64,000 nt of DNA, taken from contig CAYNJC010000009.1 in assembly GCA_964397565.1 (NCBI GenBank), positions 10,182 to 74,181 on the forward strand, written 5' to 3'. Positions 16,883 through 25,807 of the stretch are shown here, one piece after another (position 1 is the stretch's first letter; the number at the start of each line of letters is the position of its first letter). Origin of the DNA: an uncultured bacterium. GTDB lineage: Bacteria > Auribacterota > UBA3054 > JAPLST01. A program made the translations under genes and the position numbers. The notes below the pieces were generated by a model, which worked only from the letters and a program-made list of their open reading frames with translations, made no database searches and was not told the DNA's origin.

Positions 16883-16902
16883 GCGACAGATAAAAATGTC
16901 GC
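16883..16902. repeat. Degenerate copy of the GACA..TGTC palindrome
   Basis: gcgaca gataaaaa tgtcgc; about 25 nt upstream of the -35 box at 16927. Confidence 0.5.
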
Positions 16903-16926
16903 CGGAACCAGAAATTTGCGCCGGGC

Positions 16927-16956
16927 TTGCATTGCAGTCACAAATCATGCTATAAT
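16927..16956 (+). promoter_or_regulatory. Candidate sigma70-type promoter
   Basis: TTGCAT, 18-nt spacer, TATAAT (16951-16956); 28 nt before the ATG at 16984. Confidence 0.45.
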
Positions 16957-16983
16957 GAAGTTGACAAGCAAACGGACGGTTGT

Positions 16984-17496
16984 ATGCATGCGACGAAAAT
17001 TGTGCTATGCAGTTTGTGCCTTGCGATACTATGCGGCACCGTGAGTGCCGCGCCAGCCCACTGGCGCGAGAATGTCGTATATCGGACGACGGCGGGTAAA
17101 GCAGAACCAGCCGTGCTCCTGCCCGGAGTCACTTCCGCACTGCCACCGGCGCCAGCCATGGTGGCCCAGACGCAGCTAGCGCCGCCGGAGCCGGCGACGC
17201 AGGTGTCCGCCACACCGGCACTCAACAAGGGCACGGTCAGTGCCTTGCAGTCTGCGCGCAGCGCTACTGCCACGCCACTTGTCACCACCACTGCGCCCGC
17301 ACCCACGCCCGTCACCCGCACCACCACAACACCCGTCGTTACTGCTGCGCCACGCGAATTGAGCACCGCCAGCAAGGCTGCCGGCGCGGCGCGCGGCGCC
17401 CGCGGCGCACTGCGCCGCGCCTCCGGTTCTGTGGATCAGTTTATCGACCGCAATAACGATGGCTACGACGACCGCACGAGTGCCCTCGACCTGTAA
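16984..17496 (+). CDS. Secreted Ala/Thr/Pro-rich low-complexity protein
   Basis: Start at MHATKIVLCSLCLAILCGTVSA (signal peptide). Thr/Ala/Pro-rich body. C-terminal DRNNDGYDD, a Ca-binding-like motif. Confidence 0.5.
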   Translation: MHATKIVLCSLCLAILCGTVSAAPAHWRENVVYRTTAGKAEPAVLLPGVTSALPPAPAMVAQTQLAPPEPATQVSATPALNKGTVSALQSARSATATPLVTTTAPAPTPVTRTTTTPVVTAAPRELSTASKAAGAARGARGALRRASGSVDQFIDRNNDGYDDRTSALDL

Positions 17497-19096
17497 GACC
17501 GGCGCGCGCGCCGCGCTCTTTGTCTTGCTCCTGGTCTGCGCGTCAACCCGCGCCGATCGTGTTCCCGAAACGCACAAACTGCTGCTCGGCCCGATCGAGG
17601 CCGGCGTTCTGGCGCAAGCAACACTGTATGCCGTGCGCAGCAATGTCGTGCTGCAATCAACCCTTACCAGTGCATCGTGGAATCCCACCGGCGTATTGCC
17701 CGCGCTCGAAGCCAATGAACGTATCCGCACGGTCGTGACTTTGCCCAATCAGCCTTTGGTGCTGTATCTGTTAACCTCGCACAACATTTACATCAGCGCC
17801 GATGCCGGCGCATCGTGGCTGAAACGCACGCTCGCGCCGCTCGGCCGCGCGGTCACCGCCCTGTGTGTCGACTCCGAGCAAGACACCACCATGCTGCTCG
17901 GCACGACTGATGGCGTCTGGCGCTCACGCGATGGCGGCAATACCTTCGAACGTTTCTTCGCCCGTGTCAATCCCACTGAAAACAACATTCTCGCCATCGC
18001 CGCCAGCCGCTACAACGAACGCGTCTATGTCGCCACCCGCGGCGGTATGTTTGTCAGCGTGGATCGCGGCAGCACGTTCGCCGCTCTCGCCGGCCTGCCG
18101 GATACGCCCACAACCCACATCGCCGTCTCGCCACTGCAAGCGACCACGCTGGTCTTTGTCAGCGGCGGGCGCCTGTTTTACAGTGAAAACGCGCTGCAGT
18201 CGTTTCGCCTGATCAGCTCGATTTACGATTTCAGCGAATGTCTGCAACTCGCGATCGTGCTCAACGGCAGCGATATTGTCTGGAGCTATGTCGGCGGCGT
18301 ATTGTGGGGCAAAGACTGGCTCACGCCGGCGACGATCGCCGCGCCCGTTGCCGCGGCGCCCGTGCCCGTACCCGTGCCAATCAGCGCGCCACCCGTATTC
18401 ACCCAAGACGTGCTGGTCGGCCTGGCCACGACCGCGACAACTGCCGTTGCGGCCGCGGACATCCTCAACCGCGAAGCCACGGAACTCAGGTATCAGCACG
18501 CCATGCAGCGCATTCAGCTCGAACCGAGCGCGCGCGACGTCGTCGACGCCGCCATCGAATACGCCCAATTGCATCCCGACCGCATCCGCGCCTGGCTGCG
18601 CAATGTGAAGCGCGCCGCGCTGATGCCGCAAGTGCGCCTGCTCGGCCAGGGCGATCGCGCCCAAGGCCTCGACCAGGGCATTGACGCAGTCGGCACGCTC
18701 GACAACGCCGCCTATTTTGGCCGCAAGATCGGCAGCCACACGGCCAGCATCGGCGCGGAAGCCGAACTCGCCTGGGACCTCGAGAAGATCTTCTTCGATC
18801 CCAATGAAGTCGGCATTGACGAACGTCGCCAGCGCCAGACCGAGATGCGCGCCGATGTCGCCAACACGGTCACCATTTATTATTTTCAGCGCCGCAATCT
18901 GCTGTTCCAGAAATTGTACGACCCACCCAAGGATTTCATCGAGCTGTCACGCCTCGATTTCCAGATTGAAGAGCTGACCACCAAGATCGACACGCTCTCC
19001 GGCGGCTTTTTTTCGCAGACCTTGCAAGAGAATATGAAAAAAGCCGGCCACGCCCCGGCAACCACCGCCGGCCCCTCCCGCCCAACGGCGTCATAA
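17459..19096 (+). CDS. Secreted BNR/Asp-box repeat protein with an unknown C-terminal domain
   Basis: Signal-like N-terminus. Asp-boxes SADAGASW, SRDGGNTF and SVDRGSTF. The C-terminal ~230 aa is helical and unassigned. The start is uncertain. Confidence 0.6.
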   Translation: MATTTARVPSTCKTGARAALFVLLLVCASTRADRVPETHKLLLGPIEAGVLAQATLYAVRSNVVLQSTLTSASWNPTGVLPALEANERIRTVVTLPNQPLVLYLLTSHNIYISADAGASWLKRTLAPLGRAVTALCVDSEQDTTMLLGTTDGVWRSRDGGNTFERFFARVNPTENNILAIAASRYNERVYVATRGGMFVSVDRGSTFAALAGLPDTPTTHIAVSPLQATTLVFVSGGRLFYSENALQSFRLISSIYDFSECLQLAIVLNGSDIVWSYVGGVLWGKDWLTPATIAAPVAAAPVPVPVPISAPPVFTQDVLVGLATTATTAVAAADILNREATELRYQHAMQRIQLEPSARDVVDAAIEYAQLHPDRIRAWLRNVKRAALMPQVRLLGQGDRAQGLDQGIDAVGTLDNAAYFGRKIGSHTASIGAEAELAWDLEKIFFDPNEVGIDERRQRQTEMRADVANTVTIYYFQRRNLLFQKLYDPPKDFIELSRLDFQIEELTTKIDTLSGGFFSQTLQENMKKAGHAPATTAGPSRPTAS

Positions 19097-19104
19097 CTAT
19101 TTCT

Positions 19105-19177
19105 CATCGGTCATTGGTCAATGATCAATGGTCATTTGTCATTGTGCTGCAATTGACAACTGACCGTTGACCAATGA
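19105..19177. terminator. Long imperfect inverted repeat built from TCAWTGG heptamers; candidate bidirectional terminator
   Basis: The left arm tcattggtcaa..ggtcatttgtcattg pairs with the right arm caattgacaactgacc..gttgaccaatga (one 8-nt bulge and one 1-nt bulge). It starts 9 nt after the stop at 19096, between convergent genes. There is no clear U-tract. Confidence 0.4.
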
Positions 19178-19217
19178 AAACTGCGCACTATTCGCAGTCA
19201 TTGATCAGCGCGCTTTG

Positions 19218-20396
19218 TCAGCGCCGCCGCCGCACCAAGGCCACGGTCACACCACCAAACAGCGCACCTGCTCCGGCGGTCCCCAGTGGCACTTTGTAGT
19301 ACGTGCGCCAGGTCACATCCGCCGCGCTGTCACAACGCTCGATGATCCGGCGCACTTTGTCGACATACTTGCTGTCCGTGCGATACAGCAGCAAACGCGT
19401 GCCCGGCAGCGGCCTGGCCACAACTTGCCAACTGCATAAACCCTGCAATGCCGCCGCCATTTCTTTGGGTGCCACATGCTTGAGTGCCATGACGGTGCAG
19501 GGCGCGTCGTTGTGCTGGTAATATGCCGGCACATCCAGCAATGCGACGGCCTTTTGCACCAACGGCATGACGCGCACATCGCCGATCACGGCAACGCAAT
19601 TCGCCGCCGCGATGGCCATGAATGAACAGCTCATCGGTGCGGGCCTGAGGGTCACGGTCTGCGTACCGATGGTCAACGTTTTGGCATTCCGCACACTGGG
19701 CGCGCACAACATCTGGTTAAGTTGTGCAGTCACCACGTCGGCCTTGGCGTAGCGCAGGGGCAGCACCTGCAGTTCCGCGCGCGCCAGGTCGGCGGTCGGC
19801 GCCACCGCGCCGTGTGACAGCGGCACCACTTTTATCACATGCTGGCCGCGGATCACCTTGAAATTGCAGGACTCGATCAGCGCCAGGATGATTTCGATCG
19901 CCTGCGCGCGCGTCACCGGCTGTGGATTGATCAACGTCACCTGCCCGCGCACACTGGCCGCCGGCAGAATCGTTGCACCGGTCAATTCACCCAGGTAGAG
20001 CAACACTGTGCGGAGATCGGTGTCCTCAAAATTGAGCACGATCTTGTCCGACGGCGGCTGCGCCGTGCGCTGATACGCGCGCAAATGAAATTCAACCGCG
20101 TCGTCCGCGTTGCCCAGTGTTACCGTGCCTTGTTCTGGATCAATGGCGCGCACGATGGCCGTGCTATTCGTCAACATCTCACCCACACCCACACAAAAAC
20201 TCAGCCGCTGCGGCTGCCAGAGAAATACCGCGCGCGCAATCCCGTTGGTGCTGGTAATCGCCGTGAGTTGGTACGCGCGAATCCACGCCCGGTGTGGCGC
20301 GTGCCCCGGCGCATTGGTGACTGAATCAGCGCACAGACTGGTGCCGGTCAACATCAGCAGCCATACCACCATCGCGGTTGCCATGCAGTTTTTCAT
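19218..20396 (-). CDS. Secretin-N (GspD N-domain-like) protein with a C-terminal hydrophobic anchor
   Basis: Start at MKNCMATAMVVWLLMLTG. NFEDTDLRTVLLYLGELTGATILP...IKVVPL resembles secretin N-terminal domains. No secretin C-domain. Tail VPLGTAGAGALFGGVTVALVRRRR. Confidence 0.5.
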   Translation of the reverse strand: MKNCMATAMVVWLLMLTGTSLCADSVTNAPGHAPHRAWIRAYQLTAITSTNGIARAVFLWQPQRLSFCVGVGEMLTNSTAIVRAIDPEQGTVTLGNADDAVEFHLRAYQRTAQPPSDKIVLNFEDTDLRTVLLYLGELTGATILPAASVRGQVTLINPQPVTRAQAIEIILALIESCNFKVIRGQHVIKVVPLSHGAVAPTADLARAELQVLPLRYAKADVVTAQLNQMLCAPSVRNAKTLTIGTQTVTLRPAPMSCSFMAIAAANCVAVIGDVRVMPLVQKAVALLDVPAYYQHNDAPCTVMALKHVAPKEMAAALQGLCSWQVVARPLPGTRLLLYRTDSKYVDKVRRIIERCDSAADVTWRTYYKVPLGTAGAGALFGGVTVALVRRRR

Positions 20397-20542
20397 TTGC
20401 TTCTCCTTGTTGTTGCTGTTCTCAGCAGAATCAGTGCCAGCGCGCCAGCGCAGCCACGCCCGCGGCAATCTGTGCGCTTTCTGCCGCGCCCATGCCCACC
20501 GCGTGTGCAGATCATGCCCGGCACATCAATGTTCGCTGTTCG

Positions 20543-20564
20543 ATCCCGCCGCGGGCGAGACTCC
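20543..20564 (-). repeat. Conserved GGAGTCYCGCC..GGCGGGAT hairpin, copy on the minus strand
   Basis: atcccgccgcgggcgagactcc is the reverse complement of the family consensus. It lies adjacent to the heptamer array at 20571-20619. Confidence 0.7.
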
Positions 20565-20570
20565 AACCAG

Positions 20571-20619
20571 CGTTCGACGTTCGATGTTCAATGCTCAATG
20601 TTCAATGTTCAGTGTTCGG
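20571..20619. repeat. Seven tandem degenerate heptamers (YGTTCRR)
   Basis: cgttcga cgttcga tgttcaa tgctcaa tgttcaa tgttcag tgttcgg. The array overlaps the last codons and stop of the NFACT gene. Confidence 0.9.
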
Positions 20620-21997
20620 TCTCGGTGTGATGCGCCGCCATCCATTCTTTCATGGCGCGGGCCGAGTGGCGCACGGTAATGGTCTTCCCACCGGCGACAT
20701 GCACCAGCCCGGCCTTGGCGCCCTTGGGCTTGCTGACGTGCTTGCGCAAGACATACATGATGTCTTCGAGCGCGCCATCCGGTGTGCGGCTGAAGTGCGC
20801 GCAGAGCTGCGCGGCCTCGAGCAACGTGCGCCGCGTGAGTTCCTGGTTGCGTTCCATGCGCACCACCACGTGCGCGCCCGACCGATTGCGGGTGTGCAGC
20901 CAGACATCGTTGCCGCGCGCGACGCGCACGGTCAGTTCGTCGTTATCGGCCGCCGTGCGGCCTACCATGATCAGCGCACCATCGGAACTGGTGAACTGGC
21001 GGATGCGCGCCGCCGGGCGCGCCGGGCGCGCCGGACGAGCATGACCCGTCCGACATGTCTGACCTGTTGACAGCAGTGCCCGCAGCGTGGTGACATCCGC
21101 GCAGGTCGTCAGCACCTGGCTTTGTTCGTCGTGCGCCGCCAGTTCGCGCTGCGTCAGCGCGTGGCGCGCGGCAATGACCGCGCGGCCGCGTTCGAGTTTC
21201 GCCGCTTTCTTGAAATACCACGCCATCGTTTGCTGGGGCGTCTTGCGCGGATCCAGTGCAATCGTTCGTTCCGTCGGCGTCGGCGTGGTATAATCGAGCA
21301 CCGTCACCGCGCGCATCCCCGGCTTGAGCAGGTGATAGTGGGCCTTCAGCAATTCGCCCTGCGCGCGGTACTCCGCCGCGCGTGCAACCTCCGCCAGGTC
21401 GTGCTCGATCTTCCGCAGGCGCTCGGCCAGCCGCGCACGCCGGGCCTGCAACTGGCGCCGTACCGCGGCGCGCGTCTCCTCCAGCTCAAGGCGCTGCAGC
21501 GCAGGCAGCAATTCGTCAAATGGCATTTGGCGCATGCCCGCGTCACCCGGCTCGGCCGGCGCCGCATGACGCACGTAGGGTGTGCCGACCACGTGGCACG
21601 GCACCGCGCGCCACACCGCGTGCAGTATGTTCTGCTCGTCCACCAGCACGGCATTCCCGCGGCGGCCAAAAAAGTGTACCGCAATGCGCCAGCCCGTGCT
21701 GAACAGCAACTCGAGCACCTGTTCACCCGGCACCGTGCGGCAGGCAATCAATTCGGCCTGTTCCAGCAGCGCACCCGCGGCGCCCAACCAGTCCGCGTGC
21801 GGATAGGTGCTGTGCGGCGAACTCGTCGCGCAACAGACCGCGCGCAGCGGCGCGTCCGGCGCGCAATACACGTACGCAGCCCGCGGCCCGGCCAGCCGCA
21901 CCACCAGTGCATGTTGGTGCAGCATCCCGATCTTCTCCACCCGCGCCGGCACGATTTCCGCTGCCACCATTGATAGTTTTTCCCATTTCATGTTCAT
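20609..21997 (-). CDS. NFACT-family (RqcH/FbpA-like, DUF814) protein
   Basis: C-terminal GALIMVGRTAADNDELTVRVARGNDVWLHTRNRSGAHVVVR is the NFACT-R/DUF814 signature. Start chosen at MNMKWEKL (21997); the ATG at 21991 is equally possible. Confidence 0.75.
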   Translation of the reverse strand: MNMKWEKLSMVAAEIVPARVEKIGMLHQHALVVRLAGPRAAYVYCAPDAPLRAVCCATSSPHSTYPHADWLGAAGALLEQAELIACRTVPGEQVLELLFSTGWRIAVHFFGRRGNAVLVDEQNILHAVWRAVPCHVVGTPYVRHAAPAEPGDAGMRQMPFDELLPALQRLELEETRAAVRRQLQARRARLAERLRKIEHDLAEVARAAEYRAQGELLKAHYHLLKPGMRAVTVLDYTTPTPTERTIALDPRKTPQQTMAWYFKKAAKLERGRAVIAARHALTQRELAAHDEQSQVLTTCADVTTLRALLSTGQTCRTGHARPARPARPAARIRQFTSSDGALIMVGRTAADNDELTVRVARGNDVWLHTRNRSGAHVVVRMERNQELTRRTLLEAAQLCAHFSRTPDGALEDIMYVLRKHVSKPKGAKAGLVHVAGGKTITVRHSARAMKEWMAAHHTETEH

Positions 21998-22175
21998 GAC
22001 ATGTTGGATATTGTACCATTGTTGGCGATACGGCAAATGTTGCCGCGCGCGCAGGCACTTTGCATTGCGCGCACATTATGCTATAATAACACGTTGCACG
22101 ATGGGTGCATCAGGCAGATGGCTTGCCTGCTGCATTACCTATGCTTAACAGAAATTTCGCAGGTAGGAGAAGCGT

Positions 22176-22757
22176 ATGTACCGATTACTTTTGATGATGC
22201 TGGCCGTCATGCTGGTGCTGGGCTGCAGTAAGAACAAGAAAGGCGAGGGTGACACGACCGCGACCGGCGATCCCTTTGATCCGATGGCGGACGACGTGGC
22301 ACTGTCGCAAGACAAGGATTTCATGCCGGGCGATCTGCCAGTGGCGGGTGGCACGGGCCGTTTTGGCGAGCCGGGCTCCGGCTTGCTGGATCCGGCCGTG
22401 GATGCCGAGGCACGCATGGTCTTGCGCGATATCCATTTTGCCTATGACAGCTCGACGATCCTGCCGAATGATGCCGCGATCTTGCAGCAAATCGGCGCGT
22501 TCCTCAAACGCTATCCGAATGTCCTGATCCAGATCGAAGGCCATTGCGATGATCGCGGCACGGAGGAGTATAACATGGCCCTCGGCTCGCGGCGTGCCAA
22601 TGCGGCGCGGCAATTCGTCGCCGATTTGGGCATTGACCCCAACCGGCTGTACACCATCAGCTATGGCGAGATGCGCCCGGCTGATCCGGGGCACAACGAA
22701 GAGGCCTATGCCAAGAATCGGCGCGATCATTTCATGGTCGGCTTGGCTGGTCGCTAA
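22176..22757 (+). CDS. pal: Peptidoglycan-associated lipoprotein (OmpA-family C-terminal domain)
   Basis: Lipobox LVLGC. IEGHCDDRGTEEYNMALGSRRANAARQFV...NRRDHF OmpA-like domain. Confidence 0.85.
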   Translation: MYRLLLMMLAVMLVLGCSKNKKGEGDTTATGDPFDPMADDVALSQDKDFMPGDLPVAGGTGRFGEPGSGLLDPAVDAEARMVLRDIHFAYDSSTILPNDAAILQQIGAFLKRYPNVLIQIEGHCDDRGTEEYNMALGSRRANAARQFVADLGIDPNRLYTISYGEMRPADPGHNEEAYAKNRRDHFMVGLAGR

Positions 22758-22793
22758 GCGCGGCAGTCAGCGTCAATGCGTGTGCGCGCGGTG

Positions 22794-23618
22794 ATGAAGC
22801 TCGGCACGAGCATCGCATTGAGTGGTTTGTTCGTGGCGCTGCATGGCTGCGCCACAGGTACATCCGCCACGGTTGAAGATGGCAACTGGCGGGTCGCCGC
22901 AGTGCAAAGCGACGTGCGCTCGGTCAACGATTCCGTCGCCTCCCTGGAACAACGCGTGGATGATCTGCAAGCGCGCTTGAGCACGCTTGAGCGCGAGAAT
23001 GCCGCGCTGCAGCAGTCACTCCGGCAAGAACAAGATGCGCTGCAAACATCCCTCACCACCGCCACTCGCACGCAACAGGCCAACCTCGAACAACGCGTCC
23101 AAGCCCAGCTGGCCGAAGCCGGCCGCAGCAGCACCTCGACCGACACGAAAATCGCCGAAGTGCTGCGGATGGTGCAGGAGGAGAATGCGAAACTGCAGAA
23201 GCGCCTGAATGACGACCTGCTCACCATGCGGGCCGACATGAAAAAGTTGCAGCTGCAAATCAACAGCAATACCGCGGCACTGGATGACCTTGCCCGCGAA
23301 CTGCAGACCGTCGTCGAAGTCAGCGCCGCCGCGGCCGCCGGCCAGAGCGCCACAAAAAAGCCGCCGGCGGCGGCGTCAACCGACGAGCCCGTGGTGCGCA
23401 CCGGCACGCCCTCCCATCCTGATATTGACTATGCCCGCGGCTATGAACACGCCGTCAAACCCGGTGAATCGCTCTGGAAAATCGCGCGCGATTACAATGT
23501 CGCCGTGCAGGATATCGTCAATTGCAATGACAATATCAACAATGCCAGCACCCTGACGGTCGGTCAGAAACTTTTCGTGCCCTTCCGCAAACAGGTCGAA
23601 CAGAAAGAGCCGCAGTAA
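22794..23618 (+). CDS. Coiled-coil lipoprotein with a C-terminal LysM domain
   Basis: Lipobox ALHGC after MKLGTSIALSGLFV. Long heptad-like Q/L/E-rich region. LysM: HAVKPGESLWKIARDYNVAVQDIVNCN...GQKLFVP. Confidence 0.75.
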   Translation: MKLGTSIALSGLFVALHGCATGTSATVEDGNWRVAAVQSDVRSVNDSVASLEQRVDDLQARLSTLERENAALQQSLRQEQDALQTSLTTATRTQQANLEQRVQAQLAEAGRSSTSTDTKIAEVLRMVQEENAKLQKRLNDDLLTMRADMKKLQLQINSNTAALDDLARELQTVVEVSAAAAAGQSATKKPPAAASTDEPVVRTGTPSHPDIDYARGYEHAVKPGESLWKIARDYNVAVQDIVNCNDNINNASTLTVGQKLFVPFRKQVEQKEPQ

Positions 23619-24071
23619 TCACCCCGTTCCGGCGACGCGTGCAATGGTGGTGTTGCAAAGCTGGTTGCTGGTGATAGTGAATGGTATCTTGGGTGCGGTG
23701 TGGGTGGGTGATTGCGGGATGCAGCGGTGCCTCGAGGGGGCCGGGCATACCAGCCCAGGGCACCGCCCCGGTTAGCGACACGTTCCCTGCATTCCCGCCT
23801 TGTCGGGGCGGGGGCGATGAATGACGCATAGCGAATACCGCTTTTAGCGGCACTCCAAGCAGCCGAATACCGAACAAGGCTGCGGCAGCGGCAGTCACGC
23901 GCAGCCAACCCAACGCGATTTTCAACAGGCGGCGCCGGATCCGGGTACTTACTGCAAAAATGTCGTGCCCTCAGCTTGCATGGCACCCAGCCCCACCCAC
24001 GGCATATTGCTACACTCAACTTTGATCGCCGCGAACGAATCTACTCAGCAGCACTACTCCACGCTGCTCTG

Positions 24072-24557
24072 CTACTTCGCCATGTGCGCGACCGCGGCGG
24101 TCAGTTTGGCAAGCATCTGCCCGTAGTTGCGACATTGGCGCACAGCGCGCTCGTCTGGCGCATTGATCGAGACCGGGCCGTAATGATCGCCGATCGCAAC
24201 GCCCGGCACGACCATGCCATGCACCAGCAAGGCCTGGACAATCGAGAGAATCGTCGTTTCATTGCCACCGCCGATGTTGGCCGATGAGCTGAAACCCCCG
24301 CCGACTTTGCCCGCCAGTTGTCCGTGGAATTTGACGGACTCATCCAGCAGTTTTTTGAGCGGTGCGGCCATGCTGCCGTAATAATCCGGCGAGCCCAGCA
24401 CAATCGCGTGGTACCCCGACAGACTGTCCACCGTGATCTGCTCAACCGGCTTGAGGTCTACGGTCGCGCCGGCTTCTTGCGCCCCACGCCCAATTTCCTG
24501 CGCCATGGCTTTCGTATTGCCGGTGCGACTATAATAACCAATCAGAATCGTACTCAT
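24072..24557 (-). CDS. Flavodoxin-like NAD(P)H:quinone oxidoreductase (WrbA-like)
   Basis: 161 aa from MSTILIGYYSRTGNTKAMAQEI. The rest of the 393-aa track ORF overlaps the upstream gene. The ATG lies 2 nt after the deacetylase stop. Confidence 0.75.
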   Translation of the reverse strand: MSTILIGYYSRTGNTKAMAQEIGRGAQEAGATVDLKPVEQITVDSLSGYHAIVLGSPDYYGSMAAPLKKLLDESVKFHGQLAGKVGGGFSSSANIGGGNETTILSIVQALLVHGMVVPGVAIGDHYGPVSINAPDERAVRQCRNYGQMLAKLTAAVAHMAK

Positions 24558-24559
24558 GT

Positions 24560-25765
24560 CTATCTCCCGGGTGATGCTAAAAGAACAAGCGGGCGGCGCG
24601 GCGCCGCCACGGTTGCCGCCGCGGCCGGCGGTGGCGGACCGGCAACGGCACTTTGCTGAAACAACCAGGCATACGCGTAATGATTCGAGTGCGCATCCCA
24701 GGCATGCACCTGGGCCGTGTACAAATTCGGCTTGAGCGGCGCCGGCACGGCGCAGACAATCACACCGCGCACCGGATCGTACGCGCTGTCCGTCCAGCGC
24801 CAATTCCATTTCATGCGGACACGCGCCAACGGCAGCAACGTGCCAGGCGGCACCCGCACCACAATATTCGTGATGGCGCCGGACACGATGGCACCGTCGC
24901 GCGGTGACGACGCCATCACTGGCAAGGCCTGCATGGTCAGCAACGCCTCCAGGTCGGCCACTTTCGTCCATGGCGCAATAATGAACCGCCCAAGCTGGTG
25001 GAGCGGGGTGGCGCGCGTGTTGATCATCGGATTGACCGTCACGGCCGTGGCATACGGCACGAACTGCACGCGCGCGATTACCGTGGTGTTGTAATAGCCG
25101 TACGGATAGCAGAAATGGTGCACGGGCGCGGCCGCGCAATCGGCCAGCAGGCGCTGCGCATCGTTGATCTCGCGCGTCTGACGCCGCGCGTACGCCGCGG
25201 CGTCCTCGTGTGCAAATGGCCGCGCCAGGTCGCTGTGCGTCGCCGAGTGGCAACCGATCGCATGGCCGCGCTGCGCCAAGTCGCGCAGCTGGGTCCAGGT
25301 CATGTAGTCCGGCGTGCCGATGACCGAAGTATAGGCGAAGAAAGTCGCGCGCATGCCAAACTCTTCCAAAATCGGCGCAGCAATCTCATATTGGTCGCGC
25401 CACGCATCATCAAAGGTGATGACCACGATTTTCTCCGGCAGCGGCGTGCCGCAGCACACCGCCGTATACCACTCATCCAAACTGATCGCCTTGTAATGAT
25501 TGGTATGCAGATACTGCATGTGCTGGCGGAACAGCGCCGGGCTGACCTTCATGTGACTGTTAGGCCCGGATGTAACGCGATGATACGCCAGAATTGGCAG
25601 GCGCGCGGGTGCGACATTGCTGGCGGTCGCCAACAGCGTCGCAGGCCGGCGCACCGTCGGCGCCACCGCCACGTCGCGCGTGCACGCTGGCAGCAGCAAC
25701 ACCGCGACAACGGCGTGCCAGATGCAGAGCTGCAAGCGGCGTTTCTGGGTGTGTGTTCTGAACAT
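24560..25765 (-). CDS. Polysaccharide deacetylase (CE4) family protein with a C-terminal extension
   Basis: VVITFDDAWRDQYE and GCHSATHSDL motifs, with a signal-like N-terminus. Confidence 0.75.
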   Translation of the reverse strand: MFRTHTQKRRLQLCIWHAVVAVLLLPACTRDVAVAPTVRRPATLLATASNVAPARLPILAYHRVTSGPNSHMKVSPALFRQHMQYLHTNHYKAISLDEWYTAVCCGTPLPEKIVVITFDDAWRDQYEIAAPILEEFGMRATFFAYTSVIGTPDYMTWTQLRDLAQRGHAIGCHSATHSDLARPFAHEDAAAYARRQTREINDAQRLLADCAAAPVHHFCYPYGYYNTTVIARVQFVPYATAVTVNPMINTRATPLHQLGRFIIAPWTKVADLEALLTMQALPVMASSPRDGAIVSGAITNIVVRVPPGTLLPLARVRMKWNWRWTDSAYDPVRGVIVCAVPAPLKPNLYTAQVHAWDAHSNHYAYAWLFQQSAVAGPPPPAAAATVAAPRRPLVLLASPGR

Positions 25766-25807
25766 TGTTGGTTATTATAGCAAAATCGCGCGCGTGGGGC
25801 TCACTGC

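Noticed and set aside
20571-20619. Heptamer arrays and other tandem repeats considered as CRISPR arrays.
   Set aside because: The units are 7-16 nt and directly abutting, with no spacers. No cas genes are present in the window.
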